A stretch of 64,000 nucleotides of DNA from Cyanophora paradoxa CCMP329 (Eukaryota > Plantae > Glaucophyta), in assembly GCA_004431415.1 (NCBI GenBank), contig QPMI01000619.1, positions 57,824-121,823 on the forward strand, given 5' to 3'. Made by a program: the position numbers and the translations under genes. Positions 48,520 through 60,500 of the stretch are shown here, piece by piece. The notes beneath the pieces were generated by a model that was not told where the DNA came from, made no database searches, and saw only the letters and a program-made list of their open reading frames with translations. How positions within the stretch are numbered: the first letter of the stretch is position 1; every line of letters begins with the position of its first letter.

Positions 48520-50025
48520 TCAAGACTCGTCATCCGTCGTGTCATCATCGGAAAGTGAATCGGGATCAACGGCAGGTGGCGGAGGCACGGGGACCTCATG
48601 ATCGGGCGGCACAGGCACGGGGGCCTTGCGAGGGCGACCGGCTTTGCGGGGAGCGAGAACATTGGCAGGACGCTCGTGAAAAGCGATCATGAGATCAACG
48701 TGCATGAGAACCTCGCGCGAGCGATACACCAGTGAAGTGTCATCGCCTCGGACAGTGTACAAAAGACCGTGAGAGTGAACCTCAGTGACAGTGTAAGGGC
48801 CAGTCCAACCATTGCGAGGCCCAGTGCGCTTGACGTTACTGGTCTTCGCGCTGATAATCCAGCACAACACTTTGTCACCAGGCTTGAAAACACGATGCGG
48901 CTCACGGCCAGTGCCATAGCGAAGCAACTTCTTGTTGTAAAGTTTGCGGTGTTCTCGGACGGCAGAGATTTGGTCGCGGGCGGCTCGAGCGACCGACAAA
49001 GCGTAATCGTAGAGAGAAACGGGATCTTCGTGAGGTTCGCGCAGGGTGAGGTCGAGACGAAGATCGCCAGGCAACATCAATTCTCGTCCAAAGTGCAGAG
49101 CGGCGGGTGAAAAACCAGTGGCAGCGTGAATCGTGGTCCGGAGAGCGAAGAGCACGCGATAATGATAGAAAGGCCAATGGGAATTGTCCTCCCCGTTCTC
49201 ATCGCAAAGAGCATACACCAAGCGCTTGTAAATGCCACCAAGCCGCTCAGCACCGCCGTTCGTGGACTGGTGGGACGTGGGAGCGTAAATCAACCGAGTA
49301 CCCTGGCGAGTCCAGAATTTGCCCCAGAGACTAGTAGGCGTGAAGACCTTGGCGTTATCCGTGAGATACCGCTTGCAAGGGCCGTGATTCGCGTACACAG
49401 TTTGTGCAGCCCACTCACAGGCACGACCATCAGCCTCCGTCAGCATCAAAATCTCAGGGTACTTGGTAAAAGCGTCGACGTCAATGTGCACAAGTGTGAA
49501 ACGGTGAAGTCGACCGTTCTCAGAGGGCGCCATAGGGAAGTGATCGGCTTGACGCAAGTCGCCAGGATGCTCAGACTCGATCACAGTGAATTGTGACTTC
49601 GGCTTCTTGTGAGCCTTGGCAAACTGACAGTGTCGGCACGTCTTCACGTAGCGATGGACAGCAGTCGTCATGCCCGGCCACCAAAACCGTGAGGCGATGC
49701 GCCGAGCAACAATGGGGGCACCACGGTGAGCCCAGTCATCGTGGTAAGCGTGAACAATCTTCTCCCGCCACTCTGGGGGTACAACGATCTGAGGCCGCAT
49801 AGTGGGGAGCAAGGGCAACCGCAGTACGGTATCTTGCTCATCGATCGTGTACTGAGTAGCTTCACGAGCGAAGCGATCGCGTGCAGACTTGCAGAGAATG
49901 CAGCTCCCAAGCACCTCCGGGTCACGTTCACCAGCAGTGTAGTGGGAGTGACAGCGCGCCAGGTTCTCCTTCTCGCGAAGAAGTGCGAACACCATCTGGC
50001 AAAGAGGGTCACGAGCCTGAGCCAT
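48520..50025 (-). CDS. Retrotransposon integrase
   Basis: HHCC (HDDWAH...CRHC), DDE core (QADHF, LTDNA, NGGAER), TGFSPAALHFGR, GPY/F motif WTGPYTV. Confidence 0.95.
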   Translation of the reverse strand: MAQARDPLCQMVFALLREKENLARCHSHYTAGERDPEVLGSCILCKSARDRFAREATQYTIDEQDTVLRLPLLPTMRPQIVVPPEWREKIVHAYHDDWAHRGAPIVARRIASRFWWPGMTTAVHRYVKTCRHCQFAKAHKKPKSQFTVIESEHPGDLRQADHFPMAPSENGRLHRFTLVHIDVDAFTKYPEILMLTEADGRACEWAAQTVYANHGPCKRYLTDNAKVFTPTSLWGKFWTRQGTRLIYAPTSHQSTNGGAERLGGIYKRLVYALCDENGEDNSHWPFYHYRVLFALRTTIHAATGFSPAALHFGRELMLPGDLRLDLTLREPHEDPVSLYDYALSVARAARDQISAVREHRKLYNKKLLRYGTGREPHRVFKPGDKVLCWIISAKTSNVKRTGPRNGWTGPYTVTEVHSHGLLYTVRGDDTSLVYRSREVLMHVDLMIAFHERPANVLAPRKAGRPRKAPVPVPPDHEVPVPPPPAVDPDSLSDDDTTDDES

Positions 50026-51519
50026 GATGACCGCGGTCCCATCGGAAACAAGTTCACGGATCGTCGGTGGCGGAGGAACGTCAACGAGGGGCGGGGGCCC
50101 TCGCTCCAGGTGTCCATGACAACGGTGCCACGCGGCAAGCGAACGTGTGTCGGCTCATTCTGGGCGCCTTCACCTTCGTCCAGCGGGGCGATAGCGCTGC
50201 TAGAAGTGGGATCAGGTCGCGGACGACCGAGGTCACGTTCTTGCTGCAGGAAGTGCATGTACTCTTCCTCGTCAGCAACGTCGAGATGCGACGGGGGCGC
50301 AATGGCATATCGAGACTGCCGTGAATTCTTGCCCTTGGGAGGCTTCACCCGCGGTACGGGGCATGCCTTGGCGTTCAGCGCCTTGCGGGATTGTCGCCGT
50401 CTGCGCCGCTCCTCCGGGGTTCGGTTCCGAACAGAGGGCAGGGGTACGAGCGCGTCGATCTCAGACGGGGTACGGCCCATCTCTGCCAGTTGGCGTCGCC
50501 GTTCGAGCGTCGTCGCCGTCCTCTCCCGCGAGGCTTCGTGCAGATCTCGGGCCGCACGCGAACGTCTGTCGCGATCACTGGCGAGGCGGTCAGCGTAGTC
50601 CTTTTCAAGCCGTCGCTGGTATTGGCGCGGGACACTCCAAGCCGTGCTCCGTCTTGAGTTCGACGTTCCGTCGGACGCCGAGGACTGCGAAGATTGGCCG
50701 TCATCCGTGAGGGCCCGGCGTCGTGCCCGTTCCACAGAGTCGCGTAGCGTGCGGTCAGCTGCTTGACGATCGAAGCCTCGCAAAGATGGACGGGGTAGCG
50801 ACGGCTCGCTCTCCTCGTCTGTACCCCCTCCCCCTCCTTCCGGTGACTGAGACCGAGGCCTCCGGGCCGAGCTCTCCCGTCCTCGAGCTTGAAGCCCGTC
50901 AGCGGAGCTCTCCTGTCCTCGAACTTGAAGTCGGCGGCGGCGACCCTCGGCCGGTAGCCAGGCCGCGCCGTCGAGTGTATGCTCGAGGTTCGTCACCCCG
51001 CGGCGTCGCCGTGCAGGAGGGGCCGTCGCGCCCGCCTCGTCTGCCGCTGCGGCCGGTGCAGGCGTGTCAACTTCCATGGGTACGACGTCGGGGCAGAGAG
51101 GGCGCCGTTCTCGTGGAGCCGTTCCAGCGTGATCTGGGACTCCACGTCTTCCAGGCCGCCGTTCTCGACGATGTCACGCACTCGCTGAGTGTCGGGCGTC
51201 AACGACCTTGGACGTCGCCGTGAAGTCTGAGGGTCGTCGCGGTCTCGGCGCGGTGGCGCCGGGGCAAGGTGCTCGGGTCGCGTGGTGGCGCGGCGTCTAT
51301 CCCCAGTAGGGATCCACGCCGGCCCGTCCAGAGTATGTTGCAGGGCCGAGGAGGTGCGGTGGATGGCGACGCGGTAGAGTTCGCGTGGATCGTCGTAGTC
51401 TCCCGCATCGGGCACACCGAACCCGTGAGCGCCGTCTGGTATCGAAGTCGTGATGTCAGTGCCGTCAGCGCCGCCAGGCTTGTACACTGCGTGCGTCTCC
51501 GCAAGGCGAGAGCAGCAGT

Positions 51520-52140
51520 CCGCAACGACGTTCGACCGCCCGTTGCGGTACTCGATAGTGTAGTTGTAGTGGTTGAGGGCGATGGCCGCGCGCCAAGCGT
51601 CTTGTTGTTCGCCAGCTCCTGTGTCTTCAACCATTGCAACGCCGAATGATCCGTGCGGATCGTGAACGGGTGGCCGCAGACGAAGTAGTGGTGCCAGACC
51701 TTAACCGCCCAGAGTACCGCAATGCATTCGCCCTCCGTTGGTGATTGGTACTTGCGCTCCATGTTTGTCAGAGTACGACTGATGAATGCGATCGGGCGCT
51801 CGCGGCCGTCCTTGTCCTCCTGCATGAGCACCGCTCCCATGGCCCGTTTGCTCCAGTCCGTGTAAATGATGAACGGCTTCGTGAAGTCGGGCAGCATCAA
51901 CACAATGTCCTCGCACATCGCCTTCTTGAGGTCGTCCAACGCAGCGAGAGCCTCGTCATTCCACACCAAGTTGAGCCGGTCGGCTCGTAGTGCGTCCGTG
52001 AGGAGGTCTCGCAGGGAAAGTTCCCGTCGCGCGTAACTCTGTACGAAGCGCCGGTAGAAGCCCGTGAGGCCGAGGAAACTGCGGAGTTGCTCGACAGTCT
52101 GGAGTTCGTTCGCCGTGATCTTGGAGATGATCTCAACCTT
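51520..52140 (-). CDS. Retrotransposon connection + RNase H (frameshifted in this sequence)
   Basis: LRSFLGLTGFYRRFV, FIIYTDWS, EGECIAVLWAV, TDHSALQWL, IEYRNGRSNVVADCCSR. Confidence 0.93.
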
Positions 52141-53060
52141 CTTGGGTCCATGCGAATGCCGTCGCTGCTGACACGGAATCCGAGCAGCTCGACTTCCCGC
52201 ACCATGAAACGACATTTGCTGGGCTTGAGTTTGAGGTTACCGCGGTCGATCGCAGCGAAGAAGGCCTCCAGGTCGAGAAGGTGTTGTTTGACGTTCGGCG
52301 AGTGGACCGTGAGGTCATCGACGTACGCCACGACGCAGGTGGACAAAAGGTTGCCCAAAATTGACGTCACGGCTCGACAGAACGCCGCTGGGCCGTTCGT
52401 GATACCAAAAGGGGTCACTTTCCACCTGTACATTCCCCAGGGGACGATGAATGTCGTCAGGTCACGTGACTCCTCGTCGAGTTCCAACTGCCAGAAACCC
52501 GACGTTGCGTCGCCAGTCGAGAACGTGGACGCACCCTGTAGGCGCTCCAATTGGTCCTCAATGCGTGGCAACGGGAAGACATCACGTTCCGTGAGGGAAT
52601 TGAGCTTCCTGTAGTCGACGCAGAATCGCATCGTGCCATCCTTCTTCGGTGCCAGCACCACGGGGCTGCCGAAACCAGCTTGCGAAGGCTCGATGAGACC
52701 GTCGCGTAGCAGCTTCTCGATTTCCGCCTTCGCAGCCTTCTCCGCAGGCGGAGAGAGCCGGCGAGGGACGGTGTACAGCGGGAGGTGCTTGGCGGGGACG
52801 CCGGGCAGAAGTCGGATGCTGTGCTTGTACTTCAGGAGCTCGCGTGGATTGATGTTCTGGGCGAAGCAGTGCTGGCGTTGCGTGAGAAGGTTCTGGAGTT
52901 GAGTGCGATCCTCGGGAAGGGCGTCGGGGTTCGACTCCGATGGTTTCAACAGGGCGTCCACCATCGCCTTGATGGTCTCGGGCGATGGCTTTGTAGGAGG
53001 CGCAGTGTCACTCGACGGGGGCTCCATTCGAGCGTCGGCATTGACGGACGCGATGGGCAC
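52140..53060 (-). CDS. Ty3/Gypsy reverse transcriptase
   Basis: SPVVLAPKKDGTMRFCVDYRKLN, FPLPRIE, SGFWQ, PFGITNGPAAF, YVDD, KCRF, LLGF. Confidence 0.97.
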
Positions 53061-53543
53061 CGTGGGCCGACTGCGGGGCCAACCAGCATCGGCTCGGAGT
53101 CGAAGCGGGCGAAGTGAGGCTCGAAGAAACTGGCCAGCTCCATGAGCTCCTTGTCGTTGAAGTGATCGCCGGTTCGAGCAGTGTAAGGGGTGACGACACG
53201 TGCGACGTACGACATGAGACGCTCGCTGGCCTCGTGGGATAGCGGGATGTCGGCAGCAGCATCGACGGAGCCAACATGCGCCGCCTCGCCCTCCTTGCAG
53301 TTGGGTTCGGGCGGTCGTCGGTGGTAGACCTCCGGGTAGAGGCGTCGGGCTCGGGAGATGTAGCGCCGTGGTTGCGAGCGTCGGGGTACGACAACAGGCT
53401 TGAAGTTCTCATAGATTTGCGCGGCTACGGAAGAGATCGGGAATGTCAGTTGTTGTTGAGGTGTCCAGGAGCTGTAACACCCCTTGGGGTAGGTCTCGAC
53501 ATTCTCGTGTGGACGGAATTCGGACTCCGGCCAAGTCCCGAAT

Positions 53544-54557
53544 TCAGTCTCCGCAATCACAGTTCCGGCTCGCAGGCGGACAGGCCGCCTGTGAGGGTTG
53601 CAGATCTGCACGAAAAACGTGCCGTGTGCTGGGTTGCGGTGAATTTGGTATGGCACCAAGAATTCGACTTCGTCGCTCCGTCGAAGCCGTCGTCGTCGAG
53701 GAGGAGTGGTGGCGGAGTGAGGAGGACTTCCGGTGCGCCGAGAGTCGTGTTCGAAGTCGTTTGTGGCATGTAACATCGAACGAGCGATTCACCCGGCCGT
53801 ACAGTGATGTCCTTCGCCAATCGGACCAGAACGCCGCCGTCGTGCTGGCCCGCAGCCGAAAAGGGACGTGGAATCGTTCGCCATCCGAGGAGTCAGGCGA
53901 CGTGATCGTCATTCCCCAATTTGCTGGGTCGAGCACGATGTGAGCGTTGAGCGCCACCAGCGTTGTGAGGCCGAGTAGCATTGGAGTGTTGCCCATGAGA
54001 CCAGGCGCGACGACGAGGACCTTCCGCGGAATTGTGACCGGACCAACCTTAATTGCAATGAATGCGATGCGCGCATAGGCAGTCATGTCCGTTCCAAAGC
54101 CGGTGAGGTGCACGCGCGGAGCGTTGCTGTAGCGAAGGCCTGGCAGTTTGTCGGCGATACTGCCGTCGAGTACGTCCGCAGCGGCTCCTGTATCCACCAA
54201 TGCCTTGGTGAGGAGGTATTGAAGGACTTGTCGTCGGTGATCGATAGCGGCGATGTGCAAGTTGACGCAGATTCGGCCGTCGTTGATGCGCTCTCTGAGC
54301 GTGCGGTTCGTGTCCGTCATTCGCGCAATGGGGTGTGGTACTGACGGGCCGCCGTCGCCGAAGAGGGGAACGTCAAGGGGGTCCTCGACGTCGTCAAATC
54401 CCAACATGCGTGCCGCGCAGACGCGAAGCGAGGCGAGGTAGCTCTGCTCATACGGTGTGCACGGTGTCGAACCGGAGATGACGCTGGCTGGCGGGAGCGG
54501 TGCCGTCCGCTTGAGGCGAGGTCGCTTCCGCGTGGTTGTCCGCCTGTGCACGTTCAT
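53544..54557 (-). CDS. Retropepsin-type aspartic protease
   Basis: ALVDTGAAADVL active site and MLLGLTTL motif. Confidence 0.85.
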   Translation of the reverse strand: MNVHRRTTTRKRPRLKRTAPLPPASVISGSTPCTPYEQSYLASLRVCAARMLGFDDVEDPLDVPLFGDGGPSVPHPIARMTDTNRTLRERINDGRICVNLHIAAIDHRRQVLQYLLTKALVDTGAAADVLDGSIADKLPGLRYSNAPRVHLTGFGTDMTAYARIAFIAIKVGPVTIPRKVLVVAPGLMGNTPMLLGLTTLVALNAHIVLDPANWGMTITSPDSSDGERFHVPFRLRASTTAAFWSDWRRTSLYGRVNRSFDVTCHKRLRTRLSAHRKSSSLRHHSSSTTTASTERRSRILGAIPNSPQPSTRHVFRADLQPSQAACPPASRNCDCGD

Positions 54558-57500
54558 GAGGACGTCCGTCGCGGCGAATGGGCGTGCCCTGCAGGGAGCT
54601 GCCGACAGACGCAGCGGGGCCGGTGATTGCGCATTGTGGCTGAAAAGTATCCGACGCCAAGGATGGGCTTGCAGTCGGCGTTTGCGAGCTTGTTGAGGTG
54701 GCGGTTGCTGGGCCAGCCATAGTGAATCTCGTTGATCGCGTCAACTTCGGTCCCCGCTGCGCCATCCCGTCGTTCAGCCGGCCGGTAGCCAGGCTCTCCG
54801 GGGGATCGGAACGGGATGGCTTCGCGGTGGCGCGAGAGAGACGCCCGGAGATATTTGACGAGTTGGGCCAAGCGTGGCGGAGGCGCGTGTCGCGTTGGAG
54901 TACGTGCCGCTCGTAGAAACGTGTCCGTTGAGCGTCATGACTACGGAAGTCATTGTGGAGGACCACGTCCCACGCCGCGAGGCCGATTGAATTGAGGATG
55001 AAGGCCGCCCGAGTGAACAAGGCGCGAGTGAAAGCGAGGTCGGCTGACAGCCCTGAGAGGTTGTGAAATCCACCGAAAGTTCTCGATCTCGTGGAGCGTC
55101 TCCAGGATTGCGTGGGCGTTGAGTTGGTGAGACCGCTGAAGCGGCGACCAGTCGTACAAGTGATAACTGGCAGCGAATTCAGGGTCCTCGAAGGCACGGT
55201 GTCGCGCGGACGTGATCCGCTCGTAGTCCGGTCCCCGTCCAGAGTAGAGGAGCCAGCAGCCCATCGTGAGATCCGTCGACGTCCTGGGATTAGTGAGGTC
55301 GTTGTATGCGATCGTGTACGTGTGCTGCCGTGTGAGCGGTCCAAGGAGGCCGTGGGGGGCGAACGCGGACGACTGCACGCGCGAGGCTAGGCTCGGCGTC
55401 CCGGCCGACGGGGTCTCCGATGGAGCTACGGACTCGGCGGTGGAGCCACCACTGTCCGAGCTGGAGTCGTCGCCGTCAGAGGTTCCCGTCGTCTCGGTCC
55501 CCGTAGGACTACGACGCGGAGGCCTGTTACTGCCAGATGGCTTGAAGACAACACCCTGGATGTGACCGAAGCGTGCCAGTCCCGTCGGCTCGTTGGTGCG
55601 CAGATCCTTGAAGTCGGTCGACCAGACGACGAAGGGTCGGACAAAGGGCTTGCGCGCAATCCAGGGTTCCGACGAATGTACTCGTCCGTGCCCACGAGCT
55701 TGATCTTGCCGTCGAGGCGCGGTCCCAAATGTACGCGCGCGACTCCTCTGCCTTCGTCGTAGTGATGTAGTTCATGATGTTAGTGAAGCGCGTGCGGCCT
55801 TCGTACGGGTCGACAGGCGCGCCGTGGGGGCCGTGACCAATGTAAATGTGGGGATCTGACGAAGGAGGCTGTCGTTGTCCGGATCGCCCAGGGAGTGACG
55901 CAGGGGGAGGACGTCGACGATCTGTACCGCCCGGTAGGCTTCGCGGCTAGTGAACGTGATGGGCCGCCTCGTCGCCGCGTCGACGGTGGCGTGATTGTAA
56001 ACGAATTGTTCCAACCAACCGTGGAGTAGCGCCCGCGCCTGCGGTTCGCGACTGAAGATGGCGGCGCCGAATTCATTGTAGAATGGATCGAATGTGAAGT
56101 TGCCATATTCGGCGTGACGGAATTGCTCGTGTATGTCGGCGTATCGCTGTTCGAAATCCATAATAGCGTTGCGCACTGCGCTCGCGTTGACGTCATAGAC
56201 ACTGGGACGATGCGGGTGTGACGGATCGTTCGTGGGATCGAAGTCAGCGCCCCGGACTTGGGCGTTGAGTGCGTTGATGACTCCATCCGGGAGTCGGAAT
56301 GCTACGGGCCAGCAGTGGTTTCGATCCATGTCGACATCTTCGCGAGCCGCCGGGGGTGTCTCGTGCTTGATCTGGACCGCCAACCAGTCGTTGGTTGCCT
56401 TGTGCAGTAGGGATTCGAAGGCTGTGATTAAATGTGCCGGGTCGACGCGTTCGCAGTCAGGGTACTCGACCTCGTACCATTTGTCGAGTTTGGCACTGCG
56501 CGCCACTTCGCCTGAAGCCGTGAAGCGGAAGTGCAGCTCATCCTCGTGGCTACGAACGTAGTCGATGATGATGTTCCCGAGTTCCCCCGGTAGGGGCTCG
56601 AGGAAGAACGACAAGGCACCGTGCAGCTTGACTGCCGCCGCCAGGTACGCTGCGATTCCGTACACCCAAGTGTGTACCGAAAGCGGGAACCCAGGACCTG
56701 GTGGACGACGGGGGGCGTTGCAGGCGCGGTGCCCGTGGGCCCGCGACGACGCAGAGACACGACGACGCCCCCAGGGCCAGTGTAGTCATTGACGGACACC
56801 GGGAAGTACTTGGGGTCGGGCCGCACGGGTGCGGCCCGCCGCCTCGTTTGGGGTTTCCTCGTGCCCGCGATGATCTGCTGCCAGGTGTTCCGGTTGTTCG
56901 CGTCGAAGATAGTGATGTGCGAGCGGTTCTGGATCGTGTTGGGGGCACCGCGGCTGGGTCCGGCCGGTGCAACGTGCGTGAATCGGACGATTCGAGGGCC
57001 GCACAGGTCAGCATTGGCCGGCGTAAGAGTCATGGGCGGCGCGTTGAGGTCGTCGGGCATGGCAATCTCGTAGAAGCATCGTTCGACATCTTGACGTGAA
57101 GCGGAGTCACGGAGGTGCGCGTGGTTGTCCTCGTCGTAGATGCAGTCGAAGTAGTCGGCATACTTGTTGGCCGGGTGGAACTCGTCGGCGGCCGTGATCA
57201 GGAACGATCGGAAGGGCAGGCCCGCGCGGTTGTGCTGGCTGAGTTCGCCATGGCCGGGAGCACCGGCGCGGTACGGGTAGGTGCCGGGGCCGACGCCGTA
57301 GCGTAGGACACGACTGAGTGCTCGCGAGAAGTTCGACCAGCGTACGTGCATCTTCATGAGGAATGGGCGCATGTACGGGACGCGCCGGAGAAATGCCTCG
57401 AGACCAGAGTCGCCGAGTAGCACGTATGGCATGTGGACCTCACCTAGGACGTGCATGTACTTCTTTGTCGTGGTGGCGGGATGAACTGGGGGTGGGTCCC

Positions 57501-60500
57501 GAGTCGGGATTCCCTCCAGCTCTTCGACCGGCGGCGGCTCTGGGAGCTCCTCCGGTCTGTGCCCGTCCTCCACAGTGAGCTCCTCGGTCAGATCAGCCGT
57601 CTGTCCGAACGGGGCTGGGCCTCCGAGGATGTGAGCCGCGACGGCGAAGATGTGGGGCGCGTGTCGCCCATGTTCCTGGATCGTTTTGCAGTACGCTGTG
57701 GCCAGGAAGTCCGTGTTCGTGAAGAGAAGCGGTGTCATGAAGATGTGATAGGAGGTATCCCGTCCCGGATCAGTATCCAGAGGTAGGAAGTCACCTCCAG
57801 CTCGCGTCTCCTCGGGGCTGTATGTGCGCATGCCGTACGGGAGTGGGGGGCGAGGATTGTGGAGACGGATTGGGTACCAGTCGTTGATCGTTTGGGCGAA
57901 TAATTCCCCGTTGATGTGATTGTTGCGCCGTCCAAAACCCGCATAGAACGTGTCGCGCTCGTTCTCCGTCGAATCAGGTCGCGGTTCCCGTCGGACCATC
58001 ACGCCGCTCAGATCCGGCCACACTCCGTGCTGGTAGCCAGCGCCGTCGACGACCGTGAAGCCCTTCGCCCATTCCTCGTTGAGGAAGGCCCAGAAATAGA
58101 CGTCAGGAATGTCAGCGTTCTCCGAGAGTAGCACCTCCTTGAAAGGAACAGTGTGGAGTTCGCTCAAAATTCTGGAGATGATGGAGTCGACCTCCTCGGG
58201 AGTGAGCCGGGCGGCCTTGCGCTCCTTCTTCTGCAACTTCTCGTCATTCGGTCGCTTCTCGCGGGGCGCTTGCGCTCTGTTCCGTAGACCATAGCGCGGG
58301 CACGAAGCCCGAAGTACGTGTTGGAGTTCCAGAAAGTGTCCTTGCTCATGTCGTCGACAAGTCCAACGAGGGAATCCCAGTCAGGAACGCGAGGCAAGAT
58401 GTCGATGCCGTCCGACGTCCACTGTGTCAGGTATCCGTACTCGTCAACGTCGCGCTCAGGGGGCCGTGGGACCGGGACGGCAAGAGGGTCGGTGACGGGT
58501 ACCATCGGACTGGGGAGGACAGGGAGTAGGTGATCGCGGTAGCGCGGGTAGAGCATGCAGTAGAACAGATTCAATCGATGCTCGGCGTCCAGGAGGAAGG
58601 CCCGTGTTACCGCCAAGCGCTGGGTGGTCGTAGCCTTGCTAAGTGCAGTGTCGAGTCGAGCGACGAGGCCGAAAGCAAGCTTGCTCGCAGTACGAGTGCT
58701 TGACTCCGTCTCGAGCTTGTACGCGCGACGCATGGCCTCGAGAGTCAGCTGGAGGATATGGAGCGCCACGCAGTTTTGCACGCCAGGAGCGCCGCCTCTT
58801 CAGGGTGCACCATTATGTAACGGTCAGAGTTGTAATAGAGCTCGACAGCTGGCTCGGGCTGCTTCGGGTGAAGACGGGGGCGTGCAGTCGCGATTCGAGA
58901 CGGATCGGTTTGCCCTTCTTGGCGAGTTGACGCTTGTGCATGAACGTAGTGATTGACATCGCGACAACGGTGGTGTCATGTAGCTCGGCGAGCCTTGCCA
59001 GCGCAGTCGTCTCCGTGACAGACGCGGCGACGACGTTCGTGAAATTTGAGGGAGGACGCCGGAGCGGTGACGGGACAGTCCGTGCCGAAGACAGTGGTGT
59101 AGGTCGGACTCGCTGACGGGGGGCGTGCGCAGACGATGGACATCGCGTGCCGCGACCACTGCTAACTGGCTGTTCAGCCGGATCTCCTCCGCGAGCTCGG
59201 CGGTCGCCCGCTGGTTCGTAGCCGGGTTCGCGTCGGATTTCGGGTTGAAACGGGACGTGTAGTAACGGCGCAGGAAGTTGCCGGGCCCTCGACGTCGGCT
59301 GTGATGTTGACGAGGCGGAGTACGTTCTCGACTTGCTCGGTGAGCATTGACAGCAACGGCGCGTGACTCGTCGGCCATGGACGGTCGGAGCTCGGTGCTG
59401 GGTCACGAACGTCGTAGAGGTGAGCAAATCGCTATCCCCGTAGCGGTCGCGCGTCTCGTCCCACTTGTAATGGTCGAAGTATGCAGCGATGTCCCACGCC
59501 CGCGCCAGGGCCGTCGAACGCATCGACAAGGCGATGTCGGGCGGCGGTGAACCGTGTCGAAGCGTAGACAGATAGATGTCGTCAGGTCCTGTGAGCGGGG
59601 CCGTGAACTTGACAGTTTGGACCAGTTGCCTGATTGTTGCAAGGCGCGTCGCCGTGTTCGTGATCTTGTCGAAGTTCAAGAACCGTTCATCGCTCTCCGT
59701 CATCTCCACGTCGTAGTGCAGCGTCCGGAGATTGCGGGCAAGGTTGACAGCCACCTGAAGGATGCACGGTACGACTGGAGTCTTGGACTGGTGTACAAGA
59801 GTGAACTCTGTCGGTGTCAAACCAAACAGCTCCAGCATCTCTGGCCGTCCGAGGACATCGGCGAGCGGGTCGTTCGGGTGAGGCCACGTGGTCGCCGTCT
59901 CCCCAGGCGCGAAGGGCTGAGCCCGCGCGAGGCGCATGATGACGTGGATGACGGAGCGGAATTCGGTCAGATGTTGAAGGAGGTAGTGAGCCTGGTCACT
60001 CGGGCGAGTACCCAGCAACGGTTGCCCAGTAGGCGTGTTGCTGCGGGCAGCTGCGAGGTGCATGCAGCTCGTGAGCTCGCTGGCGGCGAAGAGGGTCGGC
60101 GTCTCAGGGTCTTGCGCCAATCCGTCGTCGTCGTTGTGACCATGAAGCGTCGCGGCGTGTCCAGGTACGCACGCAGCTGGTTGTGCACCACGGGCTTGAG
60201 GCGAAGGATCGTCCAGGCGTGGCGGTGTCCAAGGTCGGCGGCCACGTCCTTGATCTCGGGCTCCGAGTCGCTGGACGTGTCTTCGTCGGTGTCAGGAGGA
60301 CTGTCACGGTCGTCGTGAGGGCTCGGCAAGGTCGGCGTGTCGACGATGATCCCCCTCGAAACGCGCGGGTCGCCCATGGGCACGTCCTCGTCCTCTCAGT
60401 GCCCGACGAGTCGGCAGTCGTCGAGTCAGGCATCGACGCGTCGGTCGGTGCAGTGTAGTCGGGGTGAAGTGACGGGATCGGCAGCATCGGGGTTGGGCCG

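Noticed and set aside
48300-48662. Chromodomain or env ORF after integrase
   Set aside because: No chromodomain aromatic-cage pattern or env features recognised.
53544-53820. dUTPase between protease and RT
   Set aside because: Only the common beta-rich spacer (ICNPHRRPVRLRAGTVIA); dUTPase catalytic motifs not seen.
57290-57340. Tpt1/KptA-like N-terminus (FSRALSRVLRYG)
   Set aside because: His of the LRH motif is absent and no other Tpt1 motifs follow.
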